Shown: positions 11,990 to 24,305 of the stretch, piece after piece
Position numbering within the stretch: position 1 is the first letter of the stretch
How the letters are laid out: each line of letters starts with the position of its first letter
Source of the DNA: Octopus bimaculoides
Taxonomy: Eukaryota
Direction: 5' to 3'
Length of the DNA stretch: 57,727 nt
NCBI RefSeq assembly: GCF_001194135.2
Contig: NC_068990.1
Coordinates: forward strand, 6,036,572 to 6,094,298
The notes under the pieces: generated by a model
The model's database searches: none
Told to the model about the DNA's origin: nothing
Seen by the model: the letters and a program-made list of their open reading frames with translations, nothing else
Program-made: the position numbers and the translations under genes

Positions 11990-12490
11990 GGAAGAAGAAG
12001 GGTGTGGATAGAGGAGGAGGAGAGAAGAATGAGAGAGGAAGCAGGAGGAGGAGGAGGAGGAGGAGTAAGCGGGGAAGAGGAGTAAGCGGGGAGTAGGAGG
12101 AGGAGTAAGCGGGGAGTAGGAGGAGGAGTAAGCGGGGGAAGTGGAGGAGGAGGAGTAANNNNNNNNNNNNNNNNNNNNNNNNNNNNNNNNNNNNNNNNNN
12201 NNNNNNNNNNNNNNNNNNNNNNNNNNNNNNNNNNNNNNNNNNNNNNNNNNNNNNNNNNNNNNNNNNNNNNNNNNNNNNNNNNNNNNNNNNNNNNNNNNNN
12301 NNNNNNNNNNNNNNNNNNNNNNNNNNNNNNNNNNNAGAGAAGAAAAAGAAGAAGAAGAAGAAGAAGAAGAAGAAGAAGAAGAAGGGGAGTAGGAAGAGAA
12401 GATGGAAAAAGAGGAGGAGGTAGAGGAGGAGGAAGAAGGGAAGGAGGGAGAAGAGAAGGAGGGAGATGAGGAGGAAGAGGAGAGAGCAAA
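11990..12490 (+). repeat. Purine-rich tract with (GGAGGAGTAAGCGGGGAGTA)-like minisatellite and (GAA)n, interrupted by a gap
   Basis: Seen directly. Confidence 0.85.
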
Positions 12491-13584
12491 TGACAGCATA
12501 CAAAGATAACATCGTAGAAAATAAGGCATTCGTTATAAAAAGAGAAAAAGACATAAAAATAATTACTATTTGGTAATTTATTCCAAATTTCTTTTTCGCA
12601 AATTTTCAATAATTTTTTTGTTTACATTTCGAAATGAGCTGTCAATTTACAAATCACTTTTATATGTATCTTGTATGTGTACATGTGTATGTGTGTCTAT
12701 ATGTATGTATATTTATGTACGCATATAATATTTATATATATATATATATATATTATGTATGTATGTATGTATGTACTTATGGATGTATGTAGAGGGAGGG
12801 AGAGGTATAGGTCCAGTCTCATGTCTCACCACCAGTTTTGATTCTCATAACTTTCTGAAAAGTGCACTTTTTTAATGAAATTTTACAAAAGGAGCTTTTC
12901 GATAGAGTAGGTTGCAATTATGTGATTAAATTGACAAGATGTAGAAAAATAACATCATATTTATTACAAATATAAAAACTAAAAATTTGTTTTATTTAAT
13001 TTTTTATTTAAGATAATAAATACTTCTCTTTCGAAAATTAGTATTCATATCGTCATTTTATAATCACAAAATGATGAAATTTTGTAATTTTGTAAATGTT
13101 AAATTATGTATAATTATTTTAAGCATGCCATATATGCTGATATTGCCCATGGTGACAAAAAGTGTACTTCAAAAGTTACTTGTAGTATGACGAGCAATAC
13201 TTTTGTATATTCGCAATTGTCAAAAGAACTGAGAAGTTGTTGCTGAACTTATCAACAAGCTAACTATATGTGTGTGAATGTGTGTGTACATGTATGTACA
13301 TATGAATGTACGTATGTATATGTTTATATGTGTGTTTGTAATACATATATATAAATACAGATGTATATGTATATACATATATGTATATATANNNNNNNNN
13401 NNNNNNNNNNNNNNNNNNNNNNNNNNNNNNNNNNNNNNNNNNNNNNNNNNNNNNNNNNNNNNNNNNNNNNNNNNNNNNNNNNNNNNNNNNNNNNNNNNNN
13501 NNNNNNNNNNNNNNNNNNNNNNNNNNNNNNNNNNNNNNNNNNNNNNNNNNNNNNNTATATATATATATATATATATATATGATG

Positions 13585-14660
13585 GTTGTCTACTCCTCAT
13601 GCATAGTCTGACAACCTCTTGTACTTGCACCTTAGATCTATCATGGCGTCTGTTGTGGCTTTTTAAACCGGACAGTGTATTGAAAAAACACCCACATTGA
13701 TTGCGTATCTGATTTGGACCACCAAGAGCTGCAGTTAAGTTCTGAGCTTTGTGGATCTTAAAATGCATTTTGAGGCCTCTGTTAGATTTTCAGACCTTAT
13801 GGCATACACGGTATTGAGAGGTGTGCACAGATATATGGGCAGAGTAGTTGGTGTAGATTCGTTTTTCATGAGTCCACAAATATGATTTGAGCCGAGCAAA
13901 AGAAAGGCATGGTCTGTCACAAATTGTGCACACAAAAAGGTCGCTGAGATTCACCTTCTCGATCGCAACATACTTCTTTAAATTTCTCTCGAGTCTTGCA
14001 TGTGTCATCTTGGCCTCCCCAAAGGCTTTCACTCCACTCCACACGTTTGTTCGCCATCCAACTCAATCTGAAGCAATGGTTTCTATGGCCTTTGGATCCA
14101 TTCTAAGTGACTTCATGGTAGTCCTTATGTCGTCTTTAAACCTCTTTTTAGGTTTACACCGATTGCGTTTCCCCCCTGCCAGCTCGCCATAAAACAGTCG
14201 TTTGAGTGTGCGTTCTTCCACCATTCGAACAATATAGCCCGACCATCTTATTTGGTTTTTCAGAATTATTGATCTAATCGAAACGATCCCTGCAGACGCA
14301 AAGACATCTGTGTCTGGAGTAAAAAAAGCTCTATTTAATGTTTAAAATGCGGCGAAGTAATTTTTTTTTTGGTGGAATCGTTCTAACAATTTGAAGTGTC
14401 TTTCACAACACGTTCATGTTTCAGAAGAATACAACAGGGATGGTAAGACAAGCGATGTAAAGAGACAATCTTGTGTTGTTAACTATATGTCGTTGGCGCC
14501 AAACGCATGACTCCAAACCACCAAATGCTTGTGCTGCCGTTTGAATTCGCTGATGTATTTCTGTGTCCAGATTTCCATCATTTTGTACAGAGCTTCCGAA
14601 GTAGGTGAGAGTCAACAACCTCAAGTAACTTACCCTTAACGAAAATTTTAGGGGGCTCGC
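13585..14660 (-). mobile_element. RTE-clade (BovB-like) LINE, 3' fragment with stops and frameshifts
   Basis: TYFGSSVQNDGNLDTEIHQRIQTAAQAFG, QIRWSGYIVRM..R..KRLFYGEL..GKR, and C-terminal CTICDRPCLS..L.S. A GGTTGTC/GACAACC hairpin lies at the 3' end. Confidence 0.85.
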
Positions 14661-14719
14661 AAACAGCTCCACATGCAGGTTGATACATTACAATTGTTTT
14701 TTCTTCAAGCTGATGGTCA

Positions 14720-15192
14720 AGATAAAATCATCACAAGCTGAGTTAAATGTAGATACAAGAGACTGCAGGCCTAACTTTGGTATTGAGTGTTATACAAATG
14801 CCAGAACTGGCCGCCATTGCATTGTACCAAAGGCACCTTCCACTCCACCTAAATTCAGGACTAGGTATTGCAATAGTCTAGGGTTTAAAGGCCCACAGCT
14901 TTTCAATGCCCTGCCACAAAAATTAAGAAATTTGCATAAGGTGGAAGTACATGTCTTTAAAAAGGAATTAGACATCCTCCTCTCCACAATGCCGGATGAA
15001 CCAACAGCCCGACATGAAGTACAGACGAGGGCAGCAGATTCAAACTCAATTATACCTCAAATGTACCAACAGCTGGGAAAAAGACACATACAGGAGTGGT
15101 GATGTGAAACACCCAGACTGAGGAAATCAGAAAGACCATGGTGGTGTTCCAGCATGACCACAGCCGCATGGCTGAAACGAGTAAAAGAGTAA
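14720..15192 (+). mobile_element. CR1/L2-group LINE 3' end: ORF2 C-terminus plus short 3' UTR
   Basis: RTGRHC.VP...RTRYCNSLGFKGPQLFNALP..LRN...V.VFKKELD.LL..MPDEP...RAADSNSI is typical of CR1/L2-group ORF2 termini; stop at 15102; tail ends GTAAAAGAGTA. Confidence 0.85.
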
Positions 15193-15498
15193 ATATATAT
15201 ATGTATGTATGTATGNNNNNNNNNNNNNNNNNNNNNNNNNNNNNNNNNNNNNNNNNNNNNNNNNNNNNNNNNNNNNNNNNNNNNNNNNNNNNNNNNNNNN
15301 NNNNNNNNNNNNNNNNNNNNNNNNNNNNNNNNNNNNNNNNNNNNNNNNNNNNNNNNNNNNNNNNNNNNNNNNNNNNNNNNNNNNNNNNNNNNNNNNNNNN
15401 NNNNNNNNNNNNNNNNNNNNNNNNNNNNNNNNNNNNNNNNNNNNNNNNNNNNNNNNNNNNNNNNNNNNNNNNNNNNNNNNNNNNNNNNNNNNNNNNNN

Positions 15499-15552
<54 letters not shown>

Positions 15553-16257
15553 TGTATGTATGTATGTATGTATGTATGTATGAATGAATGCACGAGAGAG
15601 AGACAGACAGACATATATAGAAGTTTATATTATGTACATATGTGTGTGTAAATATATATTAGTATGCGGAAAAAACGTTGATTACTGAGTAAACTAAACG
15701 AAAGTTTCATCTTGAGATTTGTTAAAATAAAATACTCGTAAAATAGTTATTAATGGATTGATCTAGCAGATATTTGAGGAATATAAAAAGGGAAATAAGG
15801 CAGAGATATATGATCTTGAAATAAAAGGATATATATTATCTGAGATTGCTGATCAAGGTTAGAAAACTCGAGAGAAATTACAAATATATTGAACAAATTT
15901 CCTTATTTAGAAAGAAAGGAAGCAGGTTTCCAAAATAGTCCAATGAAAATATAGGATGTGTTGTGTTACAAATATAAGATATACAACGTTGAATAGAGAT
16001 TAGAAATTTAGAGATGTTGAAGGCAGAGTCAAAGAACAGAAAATATATTATAGTTGAACCGTAAATAACAATTCTTTAATGATTTCATTTTTATATTCGT
16101 AATAGAGTTAAATATCAAACACAGTAAATAAGTGTATAACTCATAGAACTGTCACACTTATCCTTCACCCCGTATAAATTTAGTATAGTTCTTCATAACA
16201 TTTCTGCGTTAACATCTAAATTATTGGATCTATACTTCTATAGTTCAAGTAGACAGA

Positions 16258-16294
<37 letters not shown>

Positions 16295-16324
16295 ACGCTT
16301 GCGCATGTTTGCGTGTATCTTTTA

Positions 16325-16826
16325 TCTTTTACTTGTTTCAGTCATTAAAACTGCGGCCATGCTGGGGCACCGCCTTGAAGAATTTTCAGATGAATGAATC
16401 AAGCCTGGTACTTATTGTATCGGTCTCTTTTGCCAAACTGCTAGGTTACGGGGACGTAAGCACACCAACACCGGTTGTCAAGCGGTGGTGGGGAACAAAA
16501 TACAGACACAAAGATGTAACATATATNNNNNNNNNNNNNNNNNNNNNNNNNNNNNNNNNNNNNNNNNNNNNNNNNNNNNNNNNNNNNNNNNNNNNNNNNN
16601 NNNNNNNNNNNNNNNNNNNNNNNNNNNNNNNNNNNNNNNNNNNNNNNNNNNNNNATATATATATACGACGGTCTTCCTTCAGTTTCCGTCCACCAAATCC
16701 ACTCACAAGGATTTGATCGGCCTGAGGCTATAACAGAAGACACTTGCTGAAGGTGCCAAGCAGTGGGACTGAACCCGAAACTGTGGTCGGGAAGCAAGCT
16801 TCTTATTCCACAGTCACACCTGCGCA
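16325..16826 (-). mobile_element. SINE family B, near full length, with internal microsatellite and gap
   Basis: tRNA-like head, CTTGGGCAAGTGTCTT-type block, GACGGAAACTGAA.GAAG.CCGTCG, microsatellite, tail ending CAGT...ACTGAAACAAGTAAAAGA. Confidence 0.9.
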
Positions 16827-17141
16827 TGAAGACAAGCATTTATATGAAGATATACAGATAATCATATTGAAATACGCACACCAATATGTGTGTGTTTGTC
16901 TGTCAGTCTTTGTGCGTGTGTGTGCGCTTGTGTATGTATGTCCGTGTGTGTATGTGTTTGTGTGCATGTATGCATATGTGTGTGTGTGTGTGAGAGAGAC
17001 AGTGCGTGTGTATGTGTGTATGCACACACAGAGACACACACACGAATGCACGCACACATGAAAATGGATCAAAGTTCCTTCCCGAGCCATAGTCTGACAA
17101 AGGCGCTGTCAGGTGTTCTGTGGCACATATATTCCGCCACT

Positions 17142-17197
<56 letters not shown>

Positions 17198-17254
17198 GGC
17201 GGGGGCGCCAGTCCGTCACAAGATTACTCATTTTTGCTAACTGAATGAACTGGA

Positions 17255-17370
17255 GTAACGTGATATGAAGTGTTTTTATCAAGAGCACAACGCATTCGCC
17301 CTGTCTAGGAATCGAAACCACATCTTACGATCATGAGTGCAACACTCTAACACTAAACCACACCCCTCCA
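17255..17370 (-). mobile_element. tRNA-headed SINE 5' fragment, D-related
   Basis: GGTTTCGATTCC B-box followed by TGTGCTCTTGA..AA.AC.CTT.AT.TCACGTT.CTCCAGTTCA.TCAG. Confidence 0.6.
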
Positions 17371-17381
17371 TGTATACAAAT

Positions 17382-17421
<40 letters not shown>

Positions 17422-17849
17422 TACATACATATATATATCTATAGATAGATAGATATACATAAATGTATGTGTGTATGTGTGTTTTGTGTGTGTGCGCGTG
17501 TGTATGTGCATGCCTATGTGTGTATTTATATAAGAGAATATTCCGGCATATCTATATATTTCATAATTATGAAATATATTTATCTATTTTTATATATTCT
17601 TGTATTTTTTAATACATAGTTCAGATATTTTCGAATATTATTTTTTTACATCTTAATTCCTAACTCCATCATGTATATTTTAATATTTGTTTTTAATTTT
17701 AATCTATTTACTTCATATGTCTATTTATGTGAACATATATAATTATCCATTCCAATATTTTCTATTATAATTCTTTAATAGTTACCAATTTATTTCATAT
17801 AAGATACCATACTACCTAGTTATTACCAATTTTAAACACATATTCCTCT

Positions 17850-18400
17850 CTGGTATACGAACGTTAATTTAAAATGCAACCATATTTTATACGCCACTCT
17901 TTTTCTTTATAATTTTAGGTTATTTACTCTGAATTTATCAGATAACATTTGATTTAGGTTTATAACTATGAAATCATTCTGTCTCATTCAAATTCGACAT
18001 CCCATTCACACACAACTTCTATTAACATTCATTCGTCGCTTCCTCACAAATACTACCTAACGATAGTTTACCACTGTAGTCACTTAAGTATAAATAGCAA
18101 CCACATATGGTTAGATTATATCTACAATTTTATTATTCGTTTTACTTTTCATATTAAAATTGGTTCTGTTTAGTTTTGCACCGTTTAATAAAAATTAATA
18201 AAAATATATACTATCTTCAAATAGTTAATCAAATTTTTGAAAACATTCCATTTAACCATCCATCTTCACTACCCACTATTCCTGGAAGAATCGTGGTGGT
18301 AGACCTCAGGCACCTCTTCCGATGGGTCCTATCAGAAGCAACAGTCACTACACTTTCCGGCTAGATTCCCAAGCGTGACCGAGACTATGGATATTAACCA
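17850..18400 (+). pseudogene. Possible Penelope RT C-terminal remnant
   Basis: HPIHTQLLLTFIRR..T...IATTYG resembles PLE HP..HK.A.F...I.R...IA..NGY; heavily decayed. Confidence 0.4.
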
Positions 18401-18423
18401 GCCATCACGTTCTTCATCTTCCC

Positions 18424-18693
18424 CAGTGGTTCTTAAAGTGGACGGTACTGCCCTTCTGTGAGCGGTGAAAAGATCAAGAGGGGCGTTGAAGAAGAGTGGG
18501 GCAATAATAGGGTGACCAAAAGGGTGGGGTGATGGATGTAACCCTCCAAAAATATGTTTTATTTGTGAAATAGTTGTTTTGAATTTGTTGTAGAAAGAGG
18601 TCTGCATTTGTGGTGCTGGATGGGGGTGGTTGCGCTAGGAATGTGGCTTGGGTGTCAAGGGGGCGGCAGCCCGAAAACGTTTGGGAACCACTG
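18424..18693. mobile_element. hAT-type MITE, 270 bp
   Basis: TIRs CAGTGGTTCTTAAA / TTTGGGAACCACTG; 8-bp flanks ATCTTCCC and ACTTACCC (5/8) may be a decayed TSD. Confidence 0.7.
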
Positions 18694-18924
18694 ACTTACC
18701 CCTACATCGGCTGCCAGCTGGCTCGGCTTGAAAAGTCTGTCTTACTATTCTTTACTGCGACATTCTAATCACGTGTCCTTAGTCCCAATGTGAAGACTAA
18801 TTTTTTTTAATAGTTCACTAGTTTTTAAAATTCTTTGGTATAACGGCAACCACCTATTCTTAAATTATTCTTATTTATTAACAATGAACAGATACGATTT
18901 GGTAAAAGTAGACGATTTCTTTAT

Positions 18925-19430
18925 TTAGGTTGATACAAGTGAAATGGGCCTTAAAACTCTCATAGCTAAAGCATGGTCTGCTCTGTCAAATATGGGCACC
19001 ATTTGGAAATCAAATTTAAAGAACAATAGAAACCATGCCCTAAAACAATTGCACTGTATGAATTCTAACTTAGGCACTGGAAAGAAGACTAGATGGAACA
19101 TACACAGAACTTCTGAGAGCTGCACTTAACATCCAATGGCTGTCCGATACAACATAAAGGATTCTTTATGGTAATCTTTCAATATTTACGTCAGCCAATA
19201 AAGGGAAGAACATAAGATTCTGTAGACACTACTTGCCTAGCAAGGATGAAGTACTGAGTGAAATACTAGTGTGGAGATAGCCACATGGAAAGAGTTTGTC
19301 CTGCCAGCACATTTATTGACCAACTGGTTGAAAATTCTGGTCAGACCTACAAAAAGCAATGCAGGAGAGCGAATTCTGGAAGCAAGTGGTTGATGATGTT
19401 TACCTGCAGACAGTGGGGTATTAGGTAGTT
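18925..19430 (+). mobile_element. RTE-X-like LINE 3' fragment
   Basis: IAKAWSALSNMGTIWKSNL, LDGTYTELLRAALNIQW, PASTFIDQLVENSG across frameshifts. Confidence 0.75.
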
Positions 19431-19801
19431 ACATTATATTATATTATATTATATTATATTATATTATGTTATACTATGCTATATTATATTATGTTATACT
19501 ATACTATACCAATACCATATCATATCATATCATATTATATTATATTATACCATATTATATTATATTATATTATATTATATTATATTATATTATATTATAT
19601 TATATTATATTATATTATATTATATTATATTATATTATATTATATTATATTATATTATATTATATTATATTATATTATATTATATTATATTATATTATAT
19701 TATATTATATTATATTATATTATATTATATTATATTATATTATATTATATTATATTATATTATATTATATTATATTATATTATATTATATTATATTATAT
19801 T
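19430..19801 (+). repeat. (TATAT)n pentanucleotide array, ~370 bp; perfect over ~250 bp
   Basis: Seen directly. Confidence 0.97.
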
Positions 19802-19802
19802 T

Positions 19803-20013
19803 AAGGCAGTGAGTTGGCAGAATTGTTAGCACGCCGGGCGAAATGCTCAGCAGTATTTCTTCTGTCTTTACGTTCTGAGTTCAAATTCCACCGAGGTTGA
19901 CTTTGCCTTTCATTCGGAATCGGTAAATTAAGCACCAGTTGCGTACTGGGGTCGATCTAATCGATTGGCCCCCTCCCCAAGACATTTTGGGCCTTGTGCC
20001 TAGAGTAGAAAAG
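19803..20013 (+). mobile_element. SINE family A, full length, short-tail type
   Basis: Head AAGGCAGTGAG.TGGCAGAA, GTTCAAATTCC box, central block, tail GGGCCTTGTGCCTAGAGTAGAAAAG. Confidence 0.9.
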
Positions 20014-20042
20014 TATATTATATTTATATTGTATAATACATA

Positions 20043-20340
20043 GAAGACGCATTGCTCAGTGGTTAGGTCGCCGGGCTCACAATCATGAGGTAATGAGTTC
20101 GATTCCCAGACCAGGCTGTTGTGTTGTGTTCTTGAGAAAGATACTTTATTTCACGCTGCTTCAGTTCACTCATCTGTACAAATGAGTTCCCACGTCACTG
20201 GTGTCAATCTATATTGGCTTTGCTTTTCCCTTCGATAACATCAGTGGCGTGGAGAGAGGAGGCTGGTAGGCATGGGCGACTACTGGTCTTCCATAAACAA
20301 TCTTGTCTCCGGACTTGTGCCTAAGAGGGGAACTTTCTTA
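20043..20340 (+). mobile_element. SINE family D
   Basis: tRNA-like head GCTCAGTGGTTAG...GAGTTCGATTCCC; colinear with 49621-49962. Confidence 0.85.
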
Positions 20341-20881
20341 ACACCCCTGTTTCACCATTTCCAGTATGTTTTCTTCTGTAGAAGTTCTGTTTTGCTTCTT
20401 GTAATAATATATCCTTTGTAAGAAAACACAACCCTCTTACCAAATATATATTTCCAGTTTCGTTTTTATTTTTGCAACCAAATAGTTATATGTTTGCTTA
20501 TATCATTTCATACATCTATTACTTCTATCTTCACGGCTCAGAGAGCAATTTGTTCTACAAACGATTAAACAGATAAACGTATCAGATAGAGCCACTTGTT
20601 ACGATTCGAAAAAGCAGATTTGTTTCTAACATTCGAAATTTTCATCTTACAATATAGATATATATTGTTGACATCATAAGAATATATAAACTTTAAAAAG
20701 AAAGAACAAGAAATAATTCTTTTGGGGAATATTGGATCTTGAAGCAGATAAGCTGTAAAAAACAGTGTGTAACTATTTTGTTAAAACCCTCTCTTTGAAC
20801 AGAAAATGTCAAAATCTGCCCAAAGGATTCGAACGCACATTTCCAGTATATATATGAGAGGCATTCTACGATTGGACTTAC

Positions 20882-20944
20882 CATTCCTTTATTCTTTCAA
20901 ACAAGAATTGTATCTTGTTGACGTCATAAGAATTTGAAATAATT
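20882..20944 (-). CDS. Candidate host-gene exon, 63 nt, phase 2/2: IISNSYDVNKIQFLFERIKE
   Basis: Acceptor ccttccacaacag, perfect donor gtaagt, one open frame, phase matches 35255-35294. Confidence 0.4.
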
Positions 20945-20989
20945 CTGTTGTGGAAGGTTGGATCACGAAGCAGATCAGTTGCACATTAT

Positions 20990-21465
20990 ATAGCAATACA
21001 AGAGTAAGTAAAAATTATATTCATTCTTGGTTCTGTAATTTATTAAAACAAAAGCAAGGCATGAACAATTGCATCATTTTTCGACATAATCTCCTTGCTT
21101 TTCAATGCACTTCTTCCAGTGACCCATGAACTTGTTGATGCAATCGGAGAAGAAGGTTTTTGGCAGGCCGCGCTGCCATTTCTGCACCTCTTCCAGCGCA
21201 TCTTCGTCCGTAGCAAATCGTCGGCCTCATAAAGTATGTATGGGCAGTCCAAAAAGGTGATGGTCGTAAGAGTCGAGAGCTGGACTGTATGCAGTGTTCC
21301 AGTGACTCGAAACCCAATTTCTCAAAGATTCCAATGGTGTGAGTAACTGTATGTGGGCATGCATTGTCGTGCAGCAATAACACTTGCTTTGACAATAGAC
21401 CTTGACGTTTGGTGCGAATTACTGGTTTCAATTCTTTGGTCAGCATTTTACTGTAGCCTACACTG
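20990..21465 (-). pseudogene. mariner transposase 3' fragment, cut off by the Tx1 insertion
   Basis: LKPVIRTKRQGLLSKQVLLLHDNACPH...LEH motif region. Confidence 0.85.
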
Positions 21466-23795
21466 GTGGCTAAGACACGGAGGACAAAAGCCGTTCGATG
21501 GGCCTGGATAGCAGAGATGCAACGTGGTGACAAAGTCACAATTTCGTCTTTGATGGGCCGGGACGGACACATGCTATACGAATCCAAGCAGATATGTACA
21601 GAATTTCAGCGGCACTTCGCCTACTGTAAGCGGTGCGCGTGTGAGTTGAGAATGGGGTGGATTTCACCTGCTAACTTGGCAGCATACCGCGCCTTTTTTT
21701 CCAGTGATGCAGAGTTCTACGAAATGCCGATAACAGCCGAAGACATACGGGACGCGATGACGAGCTGCACAAGGGAGAAGTTGCCGGACTTGTTCGGGGT
21801 TCTCTTGGCAGATGTCTACCGCAACTGACAGTAGAACGGGAGATTACCCAGTGCTGTGAGCCGTAGCGTGGTGGTATTGCTGAAAAATGACCCGAACAAA
21901 GGGGAACAAATAGATAATTTTAGGCCAAAGGCGTTAGCCAAGACACTGGCGCTCGTCGTCGATAAACTGATCGGTGACGTGTAGACACGCGCTGTCCCAG
22001 ACACATCTATCCACGACAACCTCTACCTCATACGCTACATCATAGAGAGGGTAGGGAAGGAGCCTGGTATGGATGGAGCCCGGATCAATACACGGCCGAA
22101 ATCGGTCCCGTTTTCAGATTCTGGATCGCTGCAATGTACAGCGACATCTGTTCGGTGATCAAAGTAAATGGCCACCTATCGGAAACATTTGGCATCGCTC
22201 GTTCGGTCCGTCAAGGATTCCCACTCTCACTCCTTCTGTACGTACTGGCTCTCGAGCCATTACTAAGGAAGCTGGATATTTCGAGGGGTATCCTGCGTGA
22301 CCTACGATGCTGAAAGTTCTTGTCGGCTTATGCGGACGACGTCACCGTAATAGTGTCGGACAGCTCGAAAATAATCGAGGTGATCAGCACTATCTTAAGG
22401 GAATACGGAATGATGATAGGAGCAAAGATTAATCAGGAAAAGTCAGTGGGCCTGCAGCTCGGCACCTGAAGAGGCAGGTCTATGCCAACCGACAGCGTTG
22501 TAGGGCACTGGACGGAAGAACCGGTCAAAATGCTCGGGGTTTGGTTTGGTCCGGACATCCAGACGGACAAGAACTGGGGGGGGGAGGTGAGGAGTAGGGT
22601 GGCCAATCCAGAAATAGGCAGAGAGGAAGCTGTACCAGAAGGGTCTGGCGAAGGTGGTGAATGCGTACATCGCTTTCACCATCTACCGCCTGACCGTCGT
22701 CCTTGCTCCACTTCGTGGCTGATCACGCAGGAGCCCTTGCCCTTCCAATTTCTGTGGAAGGGACGTGTTCCGCTCGTCAGATGGTCCATCTGCTGTCAGC
22801 ACCCGCTGAGTGGAGAACTGAGTATACCGTGGCTAATCATGCGCAAACATGCGCTGAGGATGCGACATCTCCAGCACTTTCTTAATGATGAGCAGGTGTG
22901 GTCGCCGTTTGTCTGACAGGATTTTCTGCAGCTCGTCTCATTGACAACGTTACAGTTCTTGATCAAGTGTAGACTAAGAAGGGTGCTTCACACCTGGAGT
23001 ATCGACAAGTGCTCACAACTTTCTGCCAGTAGGGCAATGCCGTCGGTGGAAATTCCACTATGGAGTTCTATAGGGAATTAGTGGTGGGCAAGAGCGACGA
23101 GGTCCTCAGGGAAACTCTGAGTCTCGAAAGGGATCAACTAGCTGTTTTTTCCGGAGCCTATTGATAACTTCCAGAAATCCCTAGCCTAGCACTGCTAACG
23201 GGGAGCTCTGCTGGTTTGAGCCAAGCTCTACACACATGGAAGTGCTGTCAGACAGACCTGTCCGAGATGTGCGCAGGGCGACGTAACTGCCCTGCATGCT
23301 CTCGTCCAGTGTCCATGCATTATTAACATGTACAGCTTTGTCAAATAGCTGTTGATGTATGTAGGATGGATCCGGTTATCAGCCGAGTCGGTCGTGAAGA
23401 TCACCCTGCCGCCTTCTTTTAGCCAGGGAGGAAAGGCAAGTTTTCTTCTGTCTGGTGGCTGTGACGAAGGAGCTAGTGTGGTGAACGAGATTGAAAGGAC
23501 AAAAGACGGATACCTTCCTCTTCAGCCAAGCCCTCATCGACTTTTTCAAGTTCCACTTGAAAAGAGAAGTGATGTGGAGAGGGAAATGCTGTCCCCACCA
23601 CCACAGTATTCTTGTTGAAAGGTGGGTGAATGTGGCCTACTCTGAACATTCGCTTGTAAACCGGAGTTGTGAAGAAAAGGCACCTGTGTGGGATTCCTCG
23701 GTTGCCCCTAGGATAAACTCCCCCTTTTGAGAATTTTATTGTTAATTATTATTGCCCCTATGTGTTTTGTGTTCGGCCTTTGTGGCCAATAAAGA

Positions 23796-23797
<2 letters not shown>
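21466..23797 (+). mobile_element. Tx1 (L1-superfamily) LINE, 5'-truncated, ~2.3 kb, frameshifted ORF2
   Basis: RT motifs DNFRP, QGFP.S.LLYVLALEPLLRKL, AYADDVTVIV, KINQEKSVGL, KMLGVWFG; C-terminal CPRC..D.T.LHALVQC; AATAAA then (AGT)n tail. Confidence 0.9.

Positions 23798-23872
<75 letters not shown>
23797..23872 (+). repeat. (AGT)n tail of the Tx1 element
   Basis: Seen directly after AATAAAGAA. Confidence 0.9.
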
Positions 23873-24305
23873 ATTCCACCGAAATCGACTTTGCCTTTCA
23901 TCCTTTCGGGGCCGATTAAATAAGTATCAGTTAATCACTGGGGTCGATGTAATCGACTTAATCCCCTTGTCTGTCCTTGTTTGTCCCCTCTATGTTCAGC
24001 CCCCTGTGGGCAATAAATAAATAAATTATTATTATTATTAGTAGTAGTAGTAGTATTATTATTATTATTATTATTATCATTATTATTATTGAGGCGGCAA
24101 GCTTGGCAGAATCGTTAACACGCTGGATGAAATGTTTAGCGGTACTGCGCCTGCCGCTAAGTTCTGAGTTCAAATTCCACCGAAGTCGACTTTGCCCTTC
24201 ATCCGTCTGGGGCCGATTAAATAAGTACCAGTAACGTACTGGGGTCGATGTAATCGACTTATCCCTCTCCTCAAAATTTCAGGCCTTGAGCCTTTCATAA
24301 AAAGG
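23873..24305 (+). mobile_element. Two SINE A copies: 3' half, long-tail type (23873-24026) and full, short-tail type (24092-24305), separated by (ATT/AGT)n
   Basis: Central block present in both; the tails differ. Confidence 0.9.

Noticed and set aside
12847-13180. Possible ~330-bp MITE with AACTTT...GT.CACTTTT ends
   Set aside because: Terminal match is gapped and AT-rich; no TSD seen.
14627-14700. Perfect gtaagt donor on the minus strand
   Set aside because: Lies at the edge of the RTE LINE homology and has no good acceptor.
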